Positions 26,443 to 41,151 of a stretch of DNA of 64,000 bases are shown piece after piece. The stretch is from Vicugna vicugna. Lineage: Eukaryota. The notes beneath the pieces were generated by a model. The model was not told the DNA's origin. It saw nothing but the letters and a program-made list of their open reading frames with translations, and made no database searches. The position numbers and the translations under genes were made by a program. Within the stretch, counting starts at the first letter, position 1, and the number at the start of each line of letters is the position of its first letter. The DNA is taken from NCBI GenBank assembly GCA_013265495.1, contig MU058337.1:3006686-3070685 (forward strand). Reading direction: 5' to 3'.

Positions 26443-26830
26443 TATTACGAGGTGATTGTGCCCTCTCAAATTTCTATGACAAAGTGCTAACCCCCAGCAC
26501 CTCAGAATATGACTGCATATGAATACAAGATCTTTAGATAAATTATTAAAATCCCAAGTCCCATTTGCCTCCTCTCCTTATAAGAAGGGAACATCTGGGC
26601 ACAGCCATGGGCAGAGGGAAGATGACATGGAGACACAGAGAGGAGACAGCCATCTACAAGTCAGGGACGAAGGTCTGAACAGATCCCCCGGTGGCCCTCA
26701 GAAGGACTCAACCTACAGACACACCCCGATCACAGACTTCTAGCCTCTGGGATGGGAGAAAATAAACGTCTGTTGTTGAAGCCATGAGGCCTGCAGTACA
26801 TTGCTAGGGCAGCGCTAGCAAACAAATTCA
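26443..26830 (+). mobile_element. MaLR LTR (MLT1A/B-like)
   Basis: 'ctaacccccagcacctcagaatatgactg', 'gacttctagcctc', 'aataaacgtctgttgttgaagcc', 'ctagcaaacaaattca'. Confidence 0.85.
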
Positions 26831-27621
26831 GGAGTCAAAATACATACACCTGCCAACAACCGGAAAGCAGGTTAAGATGTAAGATCACACATCGCGGGTT
26901 TCTATCCCATCTATCTTTGTACGTTACTCAGCACAGCACAGTGGAGTAAACTGAGAACTGACAGTGCGCCATCTAGGCCTGTCCATTCTGCTGAGATAAG
27001 TGTCTCGGTCTTCCGCGCTCAGTTTCTCTGAAGCACTATATTAATAATTGACCTTCAGCACAGGAGGAGGTACCTTGTCAGGCCGTGTGTGATGTGCAGT
27101 AGACTGACGTAGAGAACACGCACCCACGTGCGGTGAGACTGCACTCTGCAGGGAGGCAAAGTTCTGCTAACAAATATTTACTTTTTTTATGATAATGAGT
27201 TGATGTTTATTCACTGGGAGAAGAAAAAACGAACTTAATTGTGCTGTCTTAAAATATTAAATGATTTTCCTTTCATTCTGTTGGGGAAAATACGGGGTCA
27301 GCTGAATTTCTGAAAGGTACATTGAACATACTGTGTTGGATTCTTGAAAGTATCGTATTTGATGACAAACTGAAGATGCAAGTGAGCCTAGCAGCCATGT
27401 TCACTGCAGGAATGGTATCCTTCTGTTTATATTTATTGCAAATGATTTTTTTTTAAATCAGATGGGACATCTGCAAATTTTTAGGCACTAATTTTCAAAG
27501 ACCATGAAGCCCTCTGGGTGGATTTTGCATTTCCTTAGCAGATAGTTTAGTTTTAAACCACATGCTTTCCCTTGGCAAAGTGAGAGATGAAAAGCCTGTT
27601 ATAAAATCGATTTGGCATCTG

Positions 27622-28468
27622 CAGTGAGCCCCCCTTATCTGTGAGACATACGTTCCAAGACCCCCCAGTGGATTCTGAAACCATGGCTAGTACCACACTG
27701 TATCCTATGTCTTTCCCTAGCTATGTGCACCTATGATAAAGTGTAATTTATAAATTAAGCACAGTAAAAGCTTAACAGCAATAACTAATGATAAAATAGA
27801 ATAATTAGAACAATATCCTATAATAAAAGCCATATAAATGTGGCGTGCATCTCTCTCGAAGTGTCTTATCGGACAAGGTAGTGCCTTCTCCATCTTCGCA
27901 AAGCACTCACTGTGCACCGTGGCCGTCCCTTTTGCAGTTTGAGGAACAGCAACAAAACTAGTACAGGCTTCTTCTTCCTTTTTCACAGTTTCATGGATGG
28001 GAGATCGGTTCTTCACGTAGATTTTAGCAACTTCCACACAGAATATTTTTTCTTCCTTTATGACGTTAGGGACTTTCACTTTTTTATGTAGAGGAAGCAT
28101 CTTACAGCTTCTCTTTGGCATGTCCACCTTGCCAGCATCACTGCCCTTGGGTTTGGGGCCATGATTAAGTAAAATAAGGGTGACTTGAACACAAGCTCTG
28201 CAATTTGATAACCAAGCCATCTACTAGGTGTCCACGTGATGGGTCGTACTGGACAAAGGGATGATTCAGGACCTGTCAGAACAGAGCAGAGCCATCTGAG
28301 GGCTCATCACGCTACTCAGAATGGCTTGCATTTTAAAGCTGATGAACAGTTTATTTTCTGGAATTTTCCATTTAATATTTTCACACAACAGTCGACTCAA
28401 AGCCGTGTAACCTAAGTAACTGAAACCATGGGACGTGAAGCTGAGGGTAAGGGGTGGAGGGTAACTAT
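27622..28468 (-). mobile_element. Tigger7/MER44 internally deleted DNA transposon with N-terminal transposase remnant
   Basis: TIR-like 'cagtgagccccccttatc' at 27622 and a degenerate counterpart near 28445-28468. The minus-strand ORF gives MPKRSCKMLPLHKKVKV...VAKIYVKNRSPIHETVKKEEE...KMEKAL (28121-27879), typical of the pogo/Tigger CENP-B-like HTH. Confidence 0.9.
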
Positions 28469-31400
28469 ACCTCAAGGAGAGCTTTGGAAGCAGCAGGACT
28501 AACCAAGAAGCTCTCTTCACAAGCAAGTGTCCGAAATTATACTGTCACTCATATATGAAGAGACTTCCCTGCCCAAGCATTCCCAACCAGACTACAGTCA
28601 CACTCTTAATTGTCATGTTTTAGAAAGAAAAACTATATACTTTTACTTGTGGCATTATTTATTTATTTATTTATTTTGCAAGACTCCAAGTTCCTCAGAT
28701 TGTGTGTTGGGCGCATCCATTTTAACCTAATAAAACATGTAGATGTTTTCAACATTTTTCAATAAATTTTGGCTGTTCCTCCAATAAATAACCAGGGACG
28801 TGCCCTCACAATGTTTACACAAAGAAGAATAAAATATTTGGTCATGTGTTCTTAGTCTTATTCTCTAGACGTGATCTTAAACATTTTAACTGGCAAGATG
28901 ATTTATTAAAAATTAATTAGTTAATTAGTGTCTAAATTTAGCCCAAAATATAGCATCTTCCTACAATAAATGCAGATAACATCTATATATCTAATATTAA
29001 AAAAAAGAGACAAATCTTTAGATAATATAAACTATACCTTAAGGAATTCAAATATTTCAAGGAAAATGTGCTATTTTATTTTTTAGGAACACAATTAGAA
29101 TCCTTTAATCAAAATTTAGTTAACATGAAATAAAAAGCAGTTAGAAAGCATATAATACACTATATCATTCCATCTTTTCTTATATGTTTGAGCCAAGCAT
29201 GTTTGACCCATAGTTTAAATGGTTCTGAATGCTTGTTAACTTGTCCTGATTTAACAGTGATGGTTTAAGGGTAAATAGGAAAAAGGATGTGATTCCAAGG
29301 ATTTTAGCTTCGTGAAATTTGCTTACAAGTATTTGCTTCACTGAATGTTGTTTAAATGGGAGTTCCGTACATCGTGAGCAATAAAAATATTTAACAAGAA
29401 AGGAAACTGTCACTGAAGAGCATTTCAAGCTATCTCTAGAGACTAAGAGCCAAGCTTCCTTCAAATAGCCAGTGACAGCTTTTTAGCTATCATGCTAGTC
29501 AAGACTTGACCACATGTGTGCAATTATAAAGCCTGAAATCTTTCATGATCTTTCCGCTCCATACTGAATGGATTCTGCAGGCATTTCAACATAGTGTGAG
29601 ACACACGTTTCATTCTTCTCCAATTAGTTCATTCAAGTTACTCATATATAATTTTATTATATTGCCTTCTTAAAAAGTCTCGGCTACCTAAGACCCGTTT
29701 TTTAATTGATAAGACTTGTTGTATATTTTGACGCTAATATTAATTACAAGGGTAATATATCCAAACTTTAATTTGATATATTCTATTGACTTAAAGATAG
29801 AGGTTCATATTTTGGAAAAAGCCATAATGGTGAAACCAATCTGCTTAAAAGCGTGGACTCTTAGGTTTGGAGAATTGCCCTGCATAAGTAAACATCCTAA
29901 CCTCCTACTGAGGGCAGTCATCTGTGCTGTCACAGCTTAGCAGAAGATCATTCTGACCCTGCTTGAATTCTCCTGAACTCAGTCATTTCATAGCCAGCAA
30001 ATCCATTCTTGGAGTATTTTCAGGGCTACAGAGCATTTCCTTACATGAAGTTAAATCCCGTCTTCCTGTAACTCCTGCCCTTGGTCCAATTTCTGAAACT
30101 TACAGCTGCAGAGTTAATCTAGTCTTCCCTCCACATGACAGCTCTGCACGCATTTGGAGATAGTTGTATGAAGCAGTTTCTCTTTGATCAGGTCACTCTT
30201 TCCAGTGCATTGAGTCAGTGCTAATGCAAATTGATAGTAAACTTTCTTTCTCACTAGTGTTATAAGCCCCAAGCGTCAGGGTCTACTTTGGTCTATTCAT
30301 AGACTATTGGAAATTGTGAATGCCATTGGATCTGTTAGACTACTCAGATGAAAAGCACATTCTTGACCGAGTTGTACTCTGGAAGACCAGCTGGACATGT
30401 GTGCAGAGATTGAAGCAGCCCAAAATCTCAAATGGAGATTTGCAAAGAGTTTTCATGCCTTAGGAGATCAGCCAGTATTGCGTTCTGCCAAATAGGCTGA
30501 GGATTTCTGCTGGGTGGAATTTTTTTTTTTCCAGCAAACTTTTGACATTCTGTCCTAATTTTTCCATGTTGCGTATGTTTCTGTGCTACCATCATTTTAT
30601 TCCCTTTTAATTGCCTTATCATATCTTTGATTAGATACACTCCCAGTATAAAATAAGGCATTTACTGTCTTTAACATTGTTTTCCTATATTTTGAAATTG
30701 TCTTTCCATCTTTCCAAAAACTATGAATCCTAAAGCCATCATCATGGACAGTCCAGACTCAGAGTATACTGAAGATTGTTATCAGTGAGACAGTCATAAT
30801 GTGATTCCTCTGATAATGTGATGGAAATTTTGGAATCTTAATATTTCTTGGGCAGTATTATATCAAAATTCCTTGGGAAGGAATCATGTCACTTGAATAC
30901 TCTTCCATACATGCAGCGACATGCAGCTAGTAAGTTATAAAAGAATGTGGATTCCACAGATGACATGTGCCACCCTCTGTGTCTATATACGTATGTATGT
31001 GGACATACAGATACAGGTATGCATATATCATTGTTTGTTTCTCCATTTTCAAAATATTTTTCTCGTACATTCTAGTATCTTCGGTTATGATCATACAGTA
31101 TGGCAATTAATTGTAAACTGAAAAATTCAGTTGTTCAAGGCATTACTTGGCACACAGTATCAACTCATGACAGATGCATTTTCATTTCACTTGATTTAAA
31201 TGGTCTCTTATTTGAGCGCTGGGTACTCAATGTTTTGTTTTTTTCCTGAGATTTCAGCTTAACTGATTAGGATGTTTACTATGTGCGGTATTAGTAGCCT
31301 TATCTGTTTTTAAGATATTTTATTTTTGCCCAGAATTTACTTTTTAAAAAGGAAAAGAAAAAAGGAATTCCAGCATGTTCTTGTTTACCCCGTGCTATCC

Positions 31401-32479
31401 CAGCAATGCTTTGTTCTTTCTGAGTCACATAATCATGAGATGAGCTAATTAATTTATCAAGTTCTATGAAAACAGCAGATTCTGCAGTGCCCGCACAGTC
31501 CCCGGCTCTTAATCAGAATTATTCATTCAGCAGCAGCTGAGACTGGCTGATGAATAGCTCTACACATTTTCAGAATTATTTTCTAGTAAACTGACATTCT
31601 GCTTTCTAAATGTAAACTAGACAGTATATAACCATGACGACATTTTAGAAGTCATGATAAGGGTGTATAACATATGGAAAATTGTTTTTACCTGCAGTGA
31701 TGAGATAAAATAGATGATTTCATTAATGGGACACAAACAAGATTTAGTACTGCTTGGTATTGAAAAGTGATTTATCATATGCAACCCAGAATGGGATGAA
31801 TGGCTTAATGCCCTGGGGAATCATGTTAAGGGCCAGAAATTCAACATCAAGATGTGCCGGAAGTAGCAGGTGAAGGGGAGAAAACTTGGCAAGATGAAAA
31901 AGAAAGAAGGGGCTGTGAAAACACATCTCAGCCATTGTTTTTTTCAGCGACATCACTCCAGCATGCTACGGTCAGAGAGAACACTTTTTGAAAGCAGGCA
32001 CTTAAGCTTTACAGCTTCCTTCCCTAGCTGGGGTTACACTTAAATTATTCTTTGAGCCCTCAGCGAAAATACGCAAGTCGCTCTTTTTAATCTGGAGTTA
32101 CAGTAATATGGAAAGAAACGTCACAAATGGAGATATCACAAATGATGCTGTGTTCTTACTAGTGGCAACAGAAAGAAAATCAAAGCTATGTTAGTAGCAT
32201 CGGTGACACTGAGGGGTGCAGCCTCGAGAACGTCTTCAGGAAGAAAGAAAACAAATCACCCTAACTCCATGGAATTCTGATCAACCCAGGACGGTGGGGA
32301 GAAATAAGTGGTGGGGAGCAGCTGCGCTACCATCAAAGTCTGCTCATGAGAAAGTCCTACGAGGGCGATTTCAAAAAGTACACATTCTAAAATTCTTTGA
32401 TCTACCCTCTGCTTAACTTTTCTTCCTTCCTTCTTTCCACTTTACCTCTTGTCCACCAAGATATCTAAACACAAAATCC

Positions 32480-32820
32480 ACCAGGATTGGCCCTTACTGC
32501 TATTTGCCTGGAGAGAGCCCTTCCCTCATAACTCTGTGTGACAAGCCAACTAGTCTCCGCAGAGAAGCTCTTTCTGGCCATCCTCTCAGTCCCCACTGCC
32601 TGCATCCTCTAAGAACATTACCCTGTCACCTTCCTTATCAGGCTTACAGCTCTCTGAGATAACCTTCATCTTAGTTTCCTATTTAATTGTCCATTTCACT
32701 CCACAGAAAAGGCAGTTCTATGAACACAGGGACACCATGTTTTGTTCCGCCCTTATCGCCCCTGCCTAGAACAGTGCCTGACCCGCAGCAGGTACTCCAT
32801 AAAAATGTGATGAGCAAATA
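32480..32820 (+). mobile_element. L2 3' fragment
   Basis: 'gttctatgaacacagggacacc...cctgcctagaacagtgcctgacccgcagcaggtactccataaaaatg'. Confidence 0.75.
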
Positions 32821-34267
32821 GGCACAAGGAAAACTAACTACAAAAATGAATGGTGCTTCTGTCTTTTTTTTTTAACCTTGAGTATCTTAAGAACAAATAG
32901 AGCGAGCTGTTCCCTCTTTAAAAGGAACAAAATGTTACGGCGCTACACCTGGAGACATCACAAATGCTGTATTCTTACTAGTGGCAAACATTAGACTTTA
33001 TCATGTAGTTTAATCAGGGAATGCATGGCACTCAAAATATCTAAAGGCATGAAAATATGGTTTTTAAAATAATTGCATGCCACAGGTTGAAGCTCAGCGA
33101 GCAAGAGTCACTGGAAAACGTGTTACACATCACTGCGTTATCCAGGCTTTGAATTCAAGAGTAGGGGTGATTAAGGTGTATAATCTTCTTCTTGCCTTTC
33201 AGTGAAAGACTAGTCTGTTAAACGGAACAATGGAGGCTGAAGTCAGCACTTTCTTAAGAACCAGTTTTCATAGACACTGCTACCCATCCATTCAGTCAGA
33301 ATATGGGAAGGCAGAACAATGTTTAGGTTCTTTGTACAAAGGCCTCCTGCAGCGGCACAAAAGTGGTGGAAGGGAACATACGATGCTCCCTCCCTTCACC
33401 AACTGTGCCTGATTCAAGTGGGGCCCAAACTCTCTCCCCAGCTGCAGAGGCATTTTCTTTATTTTGAAAGTTAATTCCACTCACAGCTGGAACTCAAAGC
33501 AAAAAGTGAACACTGGGGGAGGCAAAAAAAAAAAAAAAGCTTCCTTGAATTTGATCTTGTACTCGTTACAATGACAAAAAGTAATATTCCTCAAGCCAAA
33601 AGGAGCCTCATTATTTAGTTTCAGATTACAGGCTTGAAAGCAGTGATCTGAGGAGGAGCGCCATGCTTTAATGCCCGCAGAAGCATTCTCGATCTGGGCG
33701 GAGTCCCACGGTGCCAGACAACTAGTGTCATTTTACAAATACGCTGCACCCTTCATGGCACAGAGAATAAAATAGGATGAGATCTAATCACGATCAGAAC
33801 CTCACTAGATACATTATCGCCCTTCTTTCGCACTTGTCATAAACCAGTTTGAATGTTTCTTTCACCTTTAAAGCACCAGTTAGACACCATAAAGGTGAAT
33901 GCGGTTTAAGCCTGGTCTTTGTTTTAGTAAGTTCTATGAACTACGTGAGTTACACTCCTAAAATATATGAGAGAAAAGTACATACTGAATATAAATACTA
34001 ATCTAAAATTAATGTTCTCTAAAATCCTGAAAGGGTAATTTCAATTGATTGCTTTTTCAGAGGAAACTATTCTGTTTGCTTCCAATCGTACTCCTTGAAA
34101 GCTATGATCAAATTGTGTGGTGGATATGCATCAAACAGGCTCCAAGCAAAACCTGGTTCTCCTCTTCCACCTCTAGAGAAGAGAATTAAGATTATTTGTT
34201 ATTACTTCTTTTTTTAATATTTTAGAATTTCATCTTGTCTTCTGCCATATTAATACAATTTACCAGG

Positions 34268-34731
34268 TGTATGGTTCCTCTTTTCACTATAAAAATTACC
34301 CCAACCTTAGTAGTATAAGACAACACGAATGTATCTGTTTGCAGTTCTGGACATCAGAAATCTAAAATGCGTTTTATGGTCCTAAAATCAAGGTGGCCGC
34401 AGGACTCTTTACTTTTGGAGTCTCCAGGAGAGAATATAGCTGTTCCTCACCTCTTCCGGCTGCTGGCAGCAGTCGGCCTCCTCTGCCTTAGGGCCCCATC
34501 ATGCCGATCTCTGCCTCCTTTCTCACGTGGCCTTTCTCTCTGACCTCCTGCTTCCCTCTCTGATGCCACCGGGCCTGTCCAGGACATTCCAGGACATTCC
34601 AGGATAATGTCCCCATCACAAGATCCTTAATTTAATAAAATCTACAAGGACACTTTTACCACATAGGGTAACATAGTCACAGGTTCTGGGAGTTAGACAT
34701 CTTGGGAGGGTACACTTTTCAGTCTAGCACA
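34268..34731 (-). mobile_element. MaLR LTR (MLT1C-like)
   Basis: 'gcagttctggacatcagaaatctaaaat', 'atccttaatttaataaaatctacaaggacacttttacc', end 'ttcagtctagcaca'. Confidence 0.85.
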
Positions 34732-35749
34732 GCATGTAAACTATAAATATAATATATATGTCACCAAATAATCTTGCAATGCTGGGAAGATCAAGTTGTA
34801 ATTGTTAACTGTCACTCTGAAACCATATTACTAGAAGAAAGTAATATTCAATTTCTTCCATAAGTCCATCATCACATACATGCTTTTTTGGCAGTATTTC
34901 TGAATGATAATTATCAGATGCAAAATGCTGATAAGCATGCTAAATATGAATGACGTTATTTAAATTCTAGATATAAAGAATATATTTTATTTTGTTAGGG
35001 AATGCTTTTGGAAAAGAATTGGATCCTTAAATCTTTTAAAAGATTGTCATGTTATTATTTCAAGAATTTTCAAAATTCAGCATCTATACTGAATATATTT
35101 ATATGTAAAGAAAGTTATAGCACACACTGAAGTGAGTTTTCATGTGCAGAAAATATTAACCATAGGTCTGTACGTGCACATACAGTCGGTAGAACTATAC
35201 TGTTTATCTCTCATGAAGGAGGTTTGAAAATTGAATCCTAGAGCCATGTTCACATTCAATGTAATATAACATAGGTTAACCATAGCAATTAAACTTTTGG
35301 AGAAGCACTTAGAAACTATGTGTAGATGGAGCTTGAATAAGATTGCTGGAACTAAATTTTTCGGACCACCTTAGAGGTTTCTCGTAGAATTTTTGAGTGA
35401 GTTGATACGATTAGCTGTCTATTTTTCCCTTAGATTCTTTCGTCCGAAGACAGATCTCCGGATCTGTTTGCATCATGCACACAAAGCCTGCATTGCTCAG
35501 TGGCACCGAGAACACTGCGTCTTATTGACACTCTAGTCTTACAGCTACCGCCTCTGATTTGTCATTCCGGGTGTGTGTGGGTGTCTGTGTTTGTGGATTC
35601 AGCAATGCAAGAATCGTTTCTCTCCTGTTGGTGTTCACACACAAACCACACCATCGTCCTGTCCTGTTACAGCTCTCCTGTGGCTCCTTCGCCACGACCT
35701 GTGTCTCTGTGTGAACTGCTTCCGCTTCCCACTCCAGTCGTATATGCTC

Positions 35750-36140
35750 CCGCCCCTCCTCCTTCTAATCATACCCCATGACACCAATACAGTGGCCTTC
35801 ATCTTGTGCTTCAAAAACATCAAAGCTGTTGGTGACAGAGGGTCTGTGCCCTGGCTGTCTCCTTCGTCTGTCATTCTCACGCCCAAATCTTCCCATAGGC
35901 GGTGGGTCCTTTCACCACTCAGATCCAGACCCTGAAGACACCCTGCGTGCTTTCATTCTCCGTTCGGTGTAGTGGCCTAGTTTCGTTTCTTCCTAGCCCT
36001 CCTGGCCCTCCGAAGTGATTTCTTATACTGGTTGTCATCTGTCTTCCTAACTGGAAGGAAATCTCCAGGAGAGCAAGGACATTACCACTTGCTTCATTGT
36101 GCTGTCCCAGCACGCGGAGCAGTGCTTAGCATGTGTGACA
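35750..36140 (+). mobile_element. L2 fragment
   Basis: 'ctccaggagagcaaggac...ttcattgtgctgtcccagcac...agtgcttagcat'. Confidence 0.55.
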
Positions 36141-36471
36141 CTGAATATATAGCTTTTAATAATGATTTTATATTGCATCCACAAGCTCTCCTGCTGTCCC
36201 TCAGCACAAACAGCTTGGCCAGTCAAACTGCCAAGTAAACTTTGGAAAACACACCATAGAATAGGTCTAAATGGTTTTGAGAAGAAGGGAGTATCTATCA
36301 CTTCTTCTCTTGAAGTTATGCTTCCAATTGTTCTACTACAGGTGGAAATATTTGATTTACCATAACTTGTATCTAAAACGTAAAAGTATATGGAAAACAT
36401 TATATGGTATATTCATGTACCATATAAACAAGTATAATTTCCACAACCTCCAACAACCCACAACCCACAAT

Positions 36472-36505
36472 CTACTACTACTACTACTATTATTATTATT
36501 ATTAT
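36472..36505. repeat. (CTA)n(TTA)n microsatellite
   Basis: Directly visible. Confidence 0.9.
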
Positions 36506-39229
36506 ATAAAATTTAACCTCAACTTTTTACTTTTCTGCTTGTGTTACCAGAACAAAGGCAGATAATCTTTCTAATCAAGGAATGAGAATTACAGCGTGGC
36601 TCTTTCTGTCCTCCCCACAGGGCCACTGATGAAAGGAATAGTGTTCAGCATGACTAGGAGACAAGGGAGTATCTAAAATTTGGCATCGATAGAGAAAATG
36701 TCCTTTGATTACTGGTAACTCAGGAATTCTGCCCATCAGCCCCTTTGAGTTACTCTTGTCTTCATCTCTTGAAATTTGTTTGTTTCTGAATGGTACAATG
36801 TTTGTCTCTGAATTGAAGTTTTTTTAAATTTTTCATCATAACATTCAGTCATAATGAAAAAACAAAAAGAGGATGAAAAGGAATGTGAGTTCTTGAAAAA
36901 TAATCTATTCCCTGTTGTTCAGTAAATGCACAGTTGTAGTAAACAGCACGCTTCATTTGCACTAGGCATTTTTCTTGTCCCTATTTTAAAGGTGCGAATA
37001 GTGATGCATAGGCATCCAATTCTGCCCTAAAAGGATGGTAACTTTGACTTGAGTGAAACACATGAAAACACTACCTTTAACTGGAGTGAGTGGGAACCCA
37101 TGAAGGCACTAGCTGGCTGAGGGTCTGTGAAAAGATCGCCCACTCAGTGACCTGGAAAACACCTGCATGACCTTTAGTTACTCCAGTTCAAGGTTATGAT
37201 GGCCAAACAGGTAGACCGGCCTGCAGCGTGAACGGAAGGATGCTGCCTGCATCTTGACAAGGCTCAGTTCCTTTCCTGAAATTGAAAGGGAAGTAATTAA
37301 CCATGAAAATTCACCTGTTTTTCAAGTTAGTAAATTTGAATCATTCTTCTTCCCTAAAACCCTTTCTTTGAAAGCAATGACCCTGAAATAGGAAAAAAAA
37401 TATATTTTTTAATGCTTAGTTAGTGTTGAAATTTAAAGGCTTCTTTTTTGAAATTATGTGAAAAATGTACTAAATGAGCACTGAGAAATAATTTTGGCTA
37501 AGGCTTTTAAGCTTCCTTTAAGCTTGATATTTTTTCTGCACTAATCAAAAAGCCCAGAAATAAATCTATCTGAATAGTATGAGAAAGGAAAAATATGTAA
37601 TAAATAAAGAAGCAGAAAATTAATTTTTAGACTACCCACGGAACAAATTATAATCATCCTTTGACTGTCACGTACAGAAGTTGAGATATTAACTTCAGAC
37701 ATTTTCCCCCCACTATGAATCCCAGTTTTATTAAGTTTTCAATAGTAGATGAAAGTTTCACATTTTATTAAGTCTTCAGAAAATATCCCAGGAAACACTG
37801 TGCTTCAGTGAGTATCAAACAGAGGCACGTGTAAACACTCACACTGTGCATATAAAGCAAATTAATTTAATTTTATTTTAAAATACAGCTTGCTTCAGTG
37901 CTGCTTGCAAAAGATATGCTTTTCATTTACTGGAAATTAAATGCGAGTCTCCAGAAAATAAAGCACAATTATCTCAACATCGCAACTCACACACTCATCT
38001 GGAGAGGAACGTTTCTCATAATTAGAGCAATCGTGAAGAGTACCTGTCACATGCAGATGCCTTCATTGATTCGCTGCTTATATAACATAAAGAAAAATCG
38101 TTACGAGGCTCCTATGTATGCACCACAACTGTGAAAACTTCCAGATGTCACTTTTGCTAGGTCTTTCGCAATCTTTGATCATCAGTTTTGTCCACCTAGG
38201 CAAATTTTTTATTAAAATATTTTCTTTCTCATTTTACAAGGGACCCTGGTCACTTATATGAAAAAGAATAATTTCAGGAGGCTGTCAGTGTTTGGAGGGA
38301 AAGTGAATAAAAGTAAAGAAAGTGATAGAAGATGATAGATTTTTTGTTGAAAACAGCAAATTGTGGTAAGTTGTCCCTAGCAATTTAGCCATGAATTCTG
38401 ATACTAAATGCAGCCTTTCATATTGAATAAAGAAATTTAAAAAAAAAAGGATGAGCGTGTAATGGTAAACACTTGTTTTATCACAACAAGAATTCTGTCA
38501 GACCAAATCTTACCCAAAAAACCTGATTAAAATTGCAAATAATAAACATCACTGCTTTGAAGGGATAGCATACTAGTAGTAAAATATTTTGTCTCAAGTT
38601 TGTACAACAATTTGGAATCAGACCTAAAACATGATAAAAATAACTTACATATTAATATTGGATCAGATTACTGTCTTTTTAAGGAATGAGTCTGGGTTCA
38701 TGCATCATAATTTATATAAATGAAGGTAATCATGACATAACCATTTCTTAGCTTTCTTTTTTATATGGGTGATAATAATAAAAATGTGAAGTGTGAAACA
38801 TTTCCTTTGTCTCATGTCTTGGGTTCCTGAAGATTAAAATTAGCCTGGGAAGCATTGCCCTACCTCAAAGCTGAGATCCACACATTTATTTCTTGGTGAC
38901 TCTGGACTCAGAGGAGCGTTTAGTGGAATTGGGGAATTGCTGTCCTCATAAAGGGCGCCTGGCATAGTCTGTATTTGGGCTTCCTCCAGGTGGGGACCGT
39001 GTCTAAACTGTCGTCAGGTCCCACACAATCCTTTGCACCTCTTCAAGTAGAACTGGACATAGAGTCTGCCCTCCATAACCGTCTGCTGAAGGATGATTTT
39101 AATCACATGCATTAATATGTATATGCACTTGTTCTGTTCATGCCTAGCAAGATTCCAAATCTAAGAATACGTGACTGTAAGAATTTTAAGTGAGTTCATT
39201 TCTTCTAGCCAGACTTAACATAGTACCTT

Positions 39230-39852
39230 TGAGACAGGAATAGGGCAGGGCACAGCCATTCAAGGAACAACACAATGATTAACACCAAAATGGCGAAAGA
39301 TTCAACCCCCAGTAGGCCTTGAGGCTCAAGATAGTGGGAGATTTGACTTCCCTAAGCTTCATTTTATGCTCACTGTAACACATTAGCATGGTGAATAACA
39401 CACCCCCAGGCACCATGGCAGTCCCAAGGCTAGCCATAAAAGGTCAAAGAGTGGGAAATGGCCAACTTCCTGGGAATCCCAGCCCCTTCCTCAGGCTAGT
39501 TAGACTGGTCCTTCCATTCATTAGCATATGAAGCTATGAAGCCCATAAAAACTGGCAACACTGCTCCTCAAGGCCCTCTCTTTCTCTCCTCCTTTTGAAA
39601 TGACCCACACTCTGTCTATGGAGTGTGTACCTACTTTTACTCTAATCTGAGCACCCAACCCCCACACCTTGTGGCCTTTCTCTTGCCTTTTGATGTATCT
39701 AAATAAATATACTTTTACTCAATTGTGGCTCACTCTTGAATTCTTTCCTGTGCCAAGCCAAGGACCCCCACTTGGCAGGGCACATCCCAGGGGCTCAACT
39801 GAGGCCTGGGACACTGCCCTCCTCGTGCCCCACACCTGTTTTTCCTGCATCA
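39230..39852 (+). mobile_element. ERV1-type solo LTR (623 bp)
   Basis: TG...CA ends with imperfect terminal inverted repeats (TGAGACAGGAA / TTCCTGCATCA), a perfect 4-bp TSD CCTT (39226-29, 39853-56), TATA-like cataaaa near 39544 and AATAAA at 39702. Confidence 0.9.
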
Positions 39853-41151
39853 CCTTTATGTAAAATAACACCACTATCACCCAGTGATGTAAGTACTAAG
39901 TACAAAAAAGATCTATAATCACTAAAATACCTATCATTATGATATAAGCCAATAAATACCTACCAAATACAGCTATCAAAGTCAATCTATACCTCAAAAG
40001 CCTCATACCAGCCATGTTTTAATTGAAATCATATCTTCCAAAGCCAATTGTGTATGTTTTTTACACTGACATAGTTTATTTCCACAACTGTTTCCTTTTA
40101 GTTATTCTATGAAATAGGATAAAATGTTAAGTCAGATTTGGCACCACATTTTGGACTTAGCCACATTTGTTGCATAGTTTTTGAGCTCTTGCATTTGTAA
40201 AAGTCATACTTTTGCACATAATTCAGAAAGGGTGCTGAAAATGAGCAATAAGGGTGCTTGGTGCTTGGGCCCTAGTGTTTAAAACGTCTGTTTCACTAAA
40301 AAGAGTTACCAAGAACACATCAGATACTTCAGCTTGAAATTAAATGAAAGCTCTCTGCCTCACATTATCACAGCCAATCCAAACAGGCTACTGTGGTATC
40401 CATAAATCCCTCTGAATTAGGTCAAACATGCATAAAATCAGGCGTCCTTTGTGATAAAAATTTCTTCCAGCTGAGCCCAAGGAGAAAATAAAAATTTATC
40501 CAAATACCTATTGTTAAACTGAGGAAGACTTTACAAAAGAAATGCCATACCTCTGCTGGAGTCTTCCTGACAACTTCCTAATTTTAATAAATTGTCTGTG
40601 AGGACTGTCATCAGCCTTGTTTCCATTCAAAAGTGAGGAGCATGGCTGCCAATGTCATTGTATTAGCCTAAAGTAGTGTCAAGATGTTTAGTGTTTTAGG
40701 TGGGAGTCTATTTGCTTCATTAAGATTCAGGTAATTCACACTGAAGTAAACAAAAGGCCTACAGTCTCCAAAAAGGCCTGGTGATCTCTTGAAAGAAAAA
40801 AGTACAATTTATTATGCTTCTATGTATAGAAGATGAATATGGTTTGCAAAGACAAGGTCCATTCCCCTAAATATATAAAAGATGACGTTGTAAAGTTATC
40901 TAACATATGATTATTTAAAGGAAGCTGTGTTTCAATTTTGGATTAGATTTACTAGGAGAAAAGAAAGGCTATTCTTAATATAAAATTTGAGAGTGAGGAC
41001 AAAAACAATTACAATTGTAAAAACAACAGATATGCAAAACGTAAAGGTTGAGGAAGTTGTGTATCCATTTCAAGCCAATAAACAACCACCAAACTTCCTA
41101 CTAAGACTGAGGTAAAGATAAACAAGATGTATTTTCCATTTCCAGATATTA

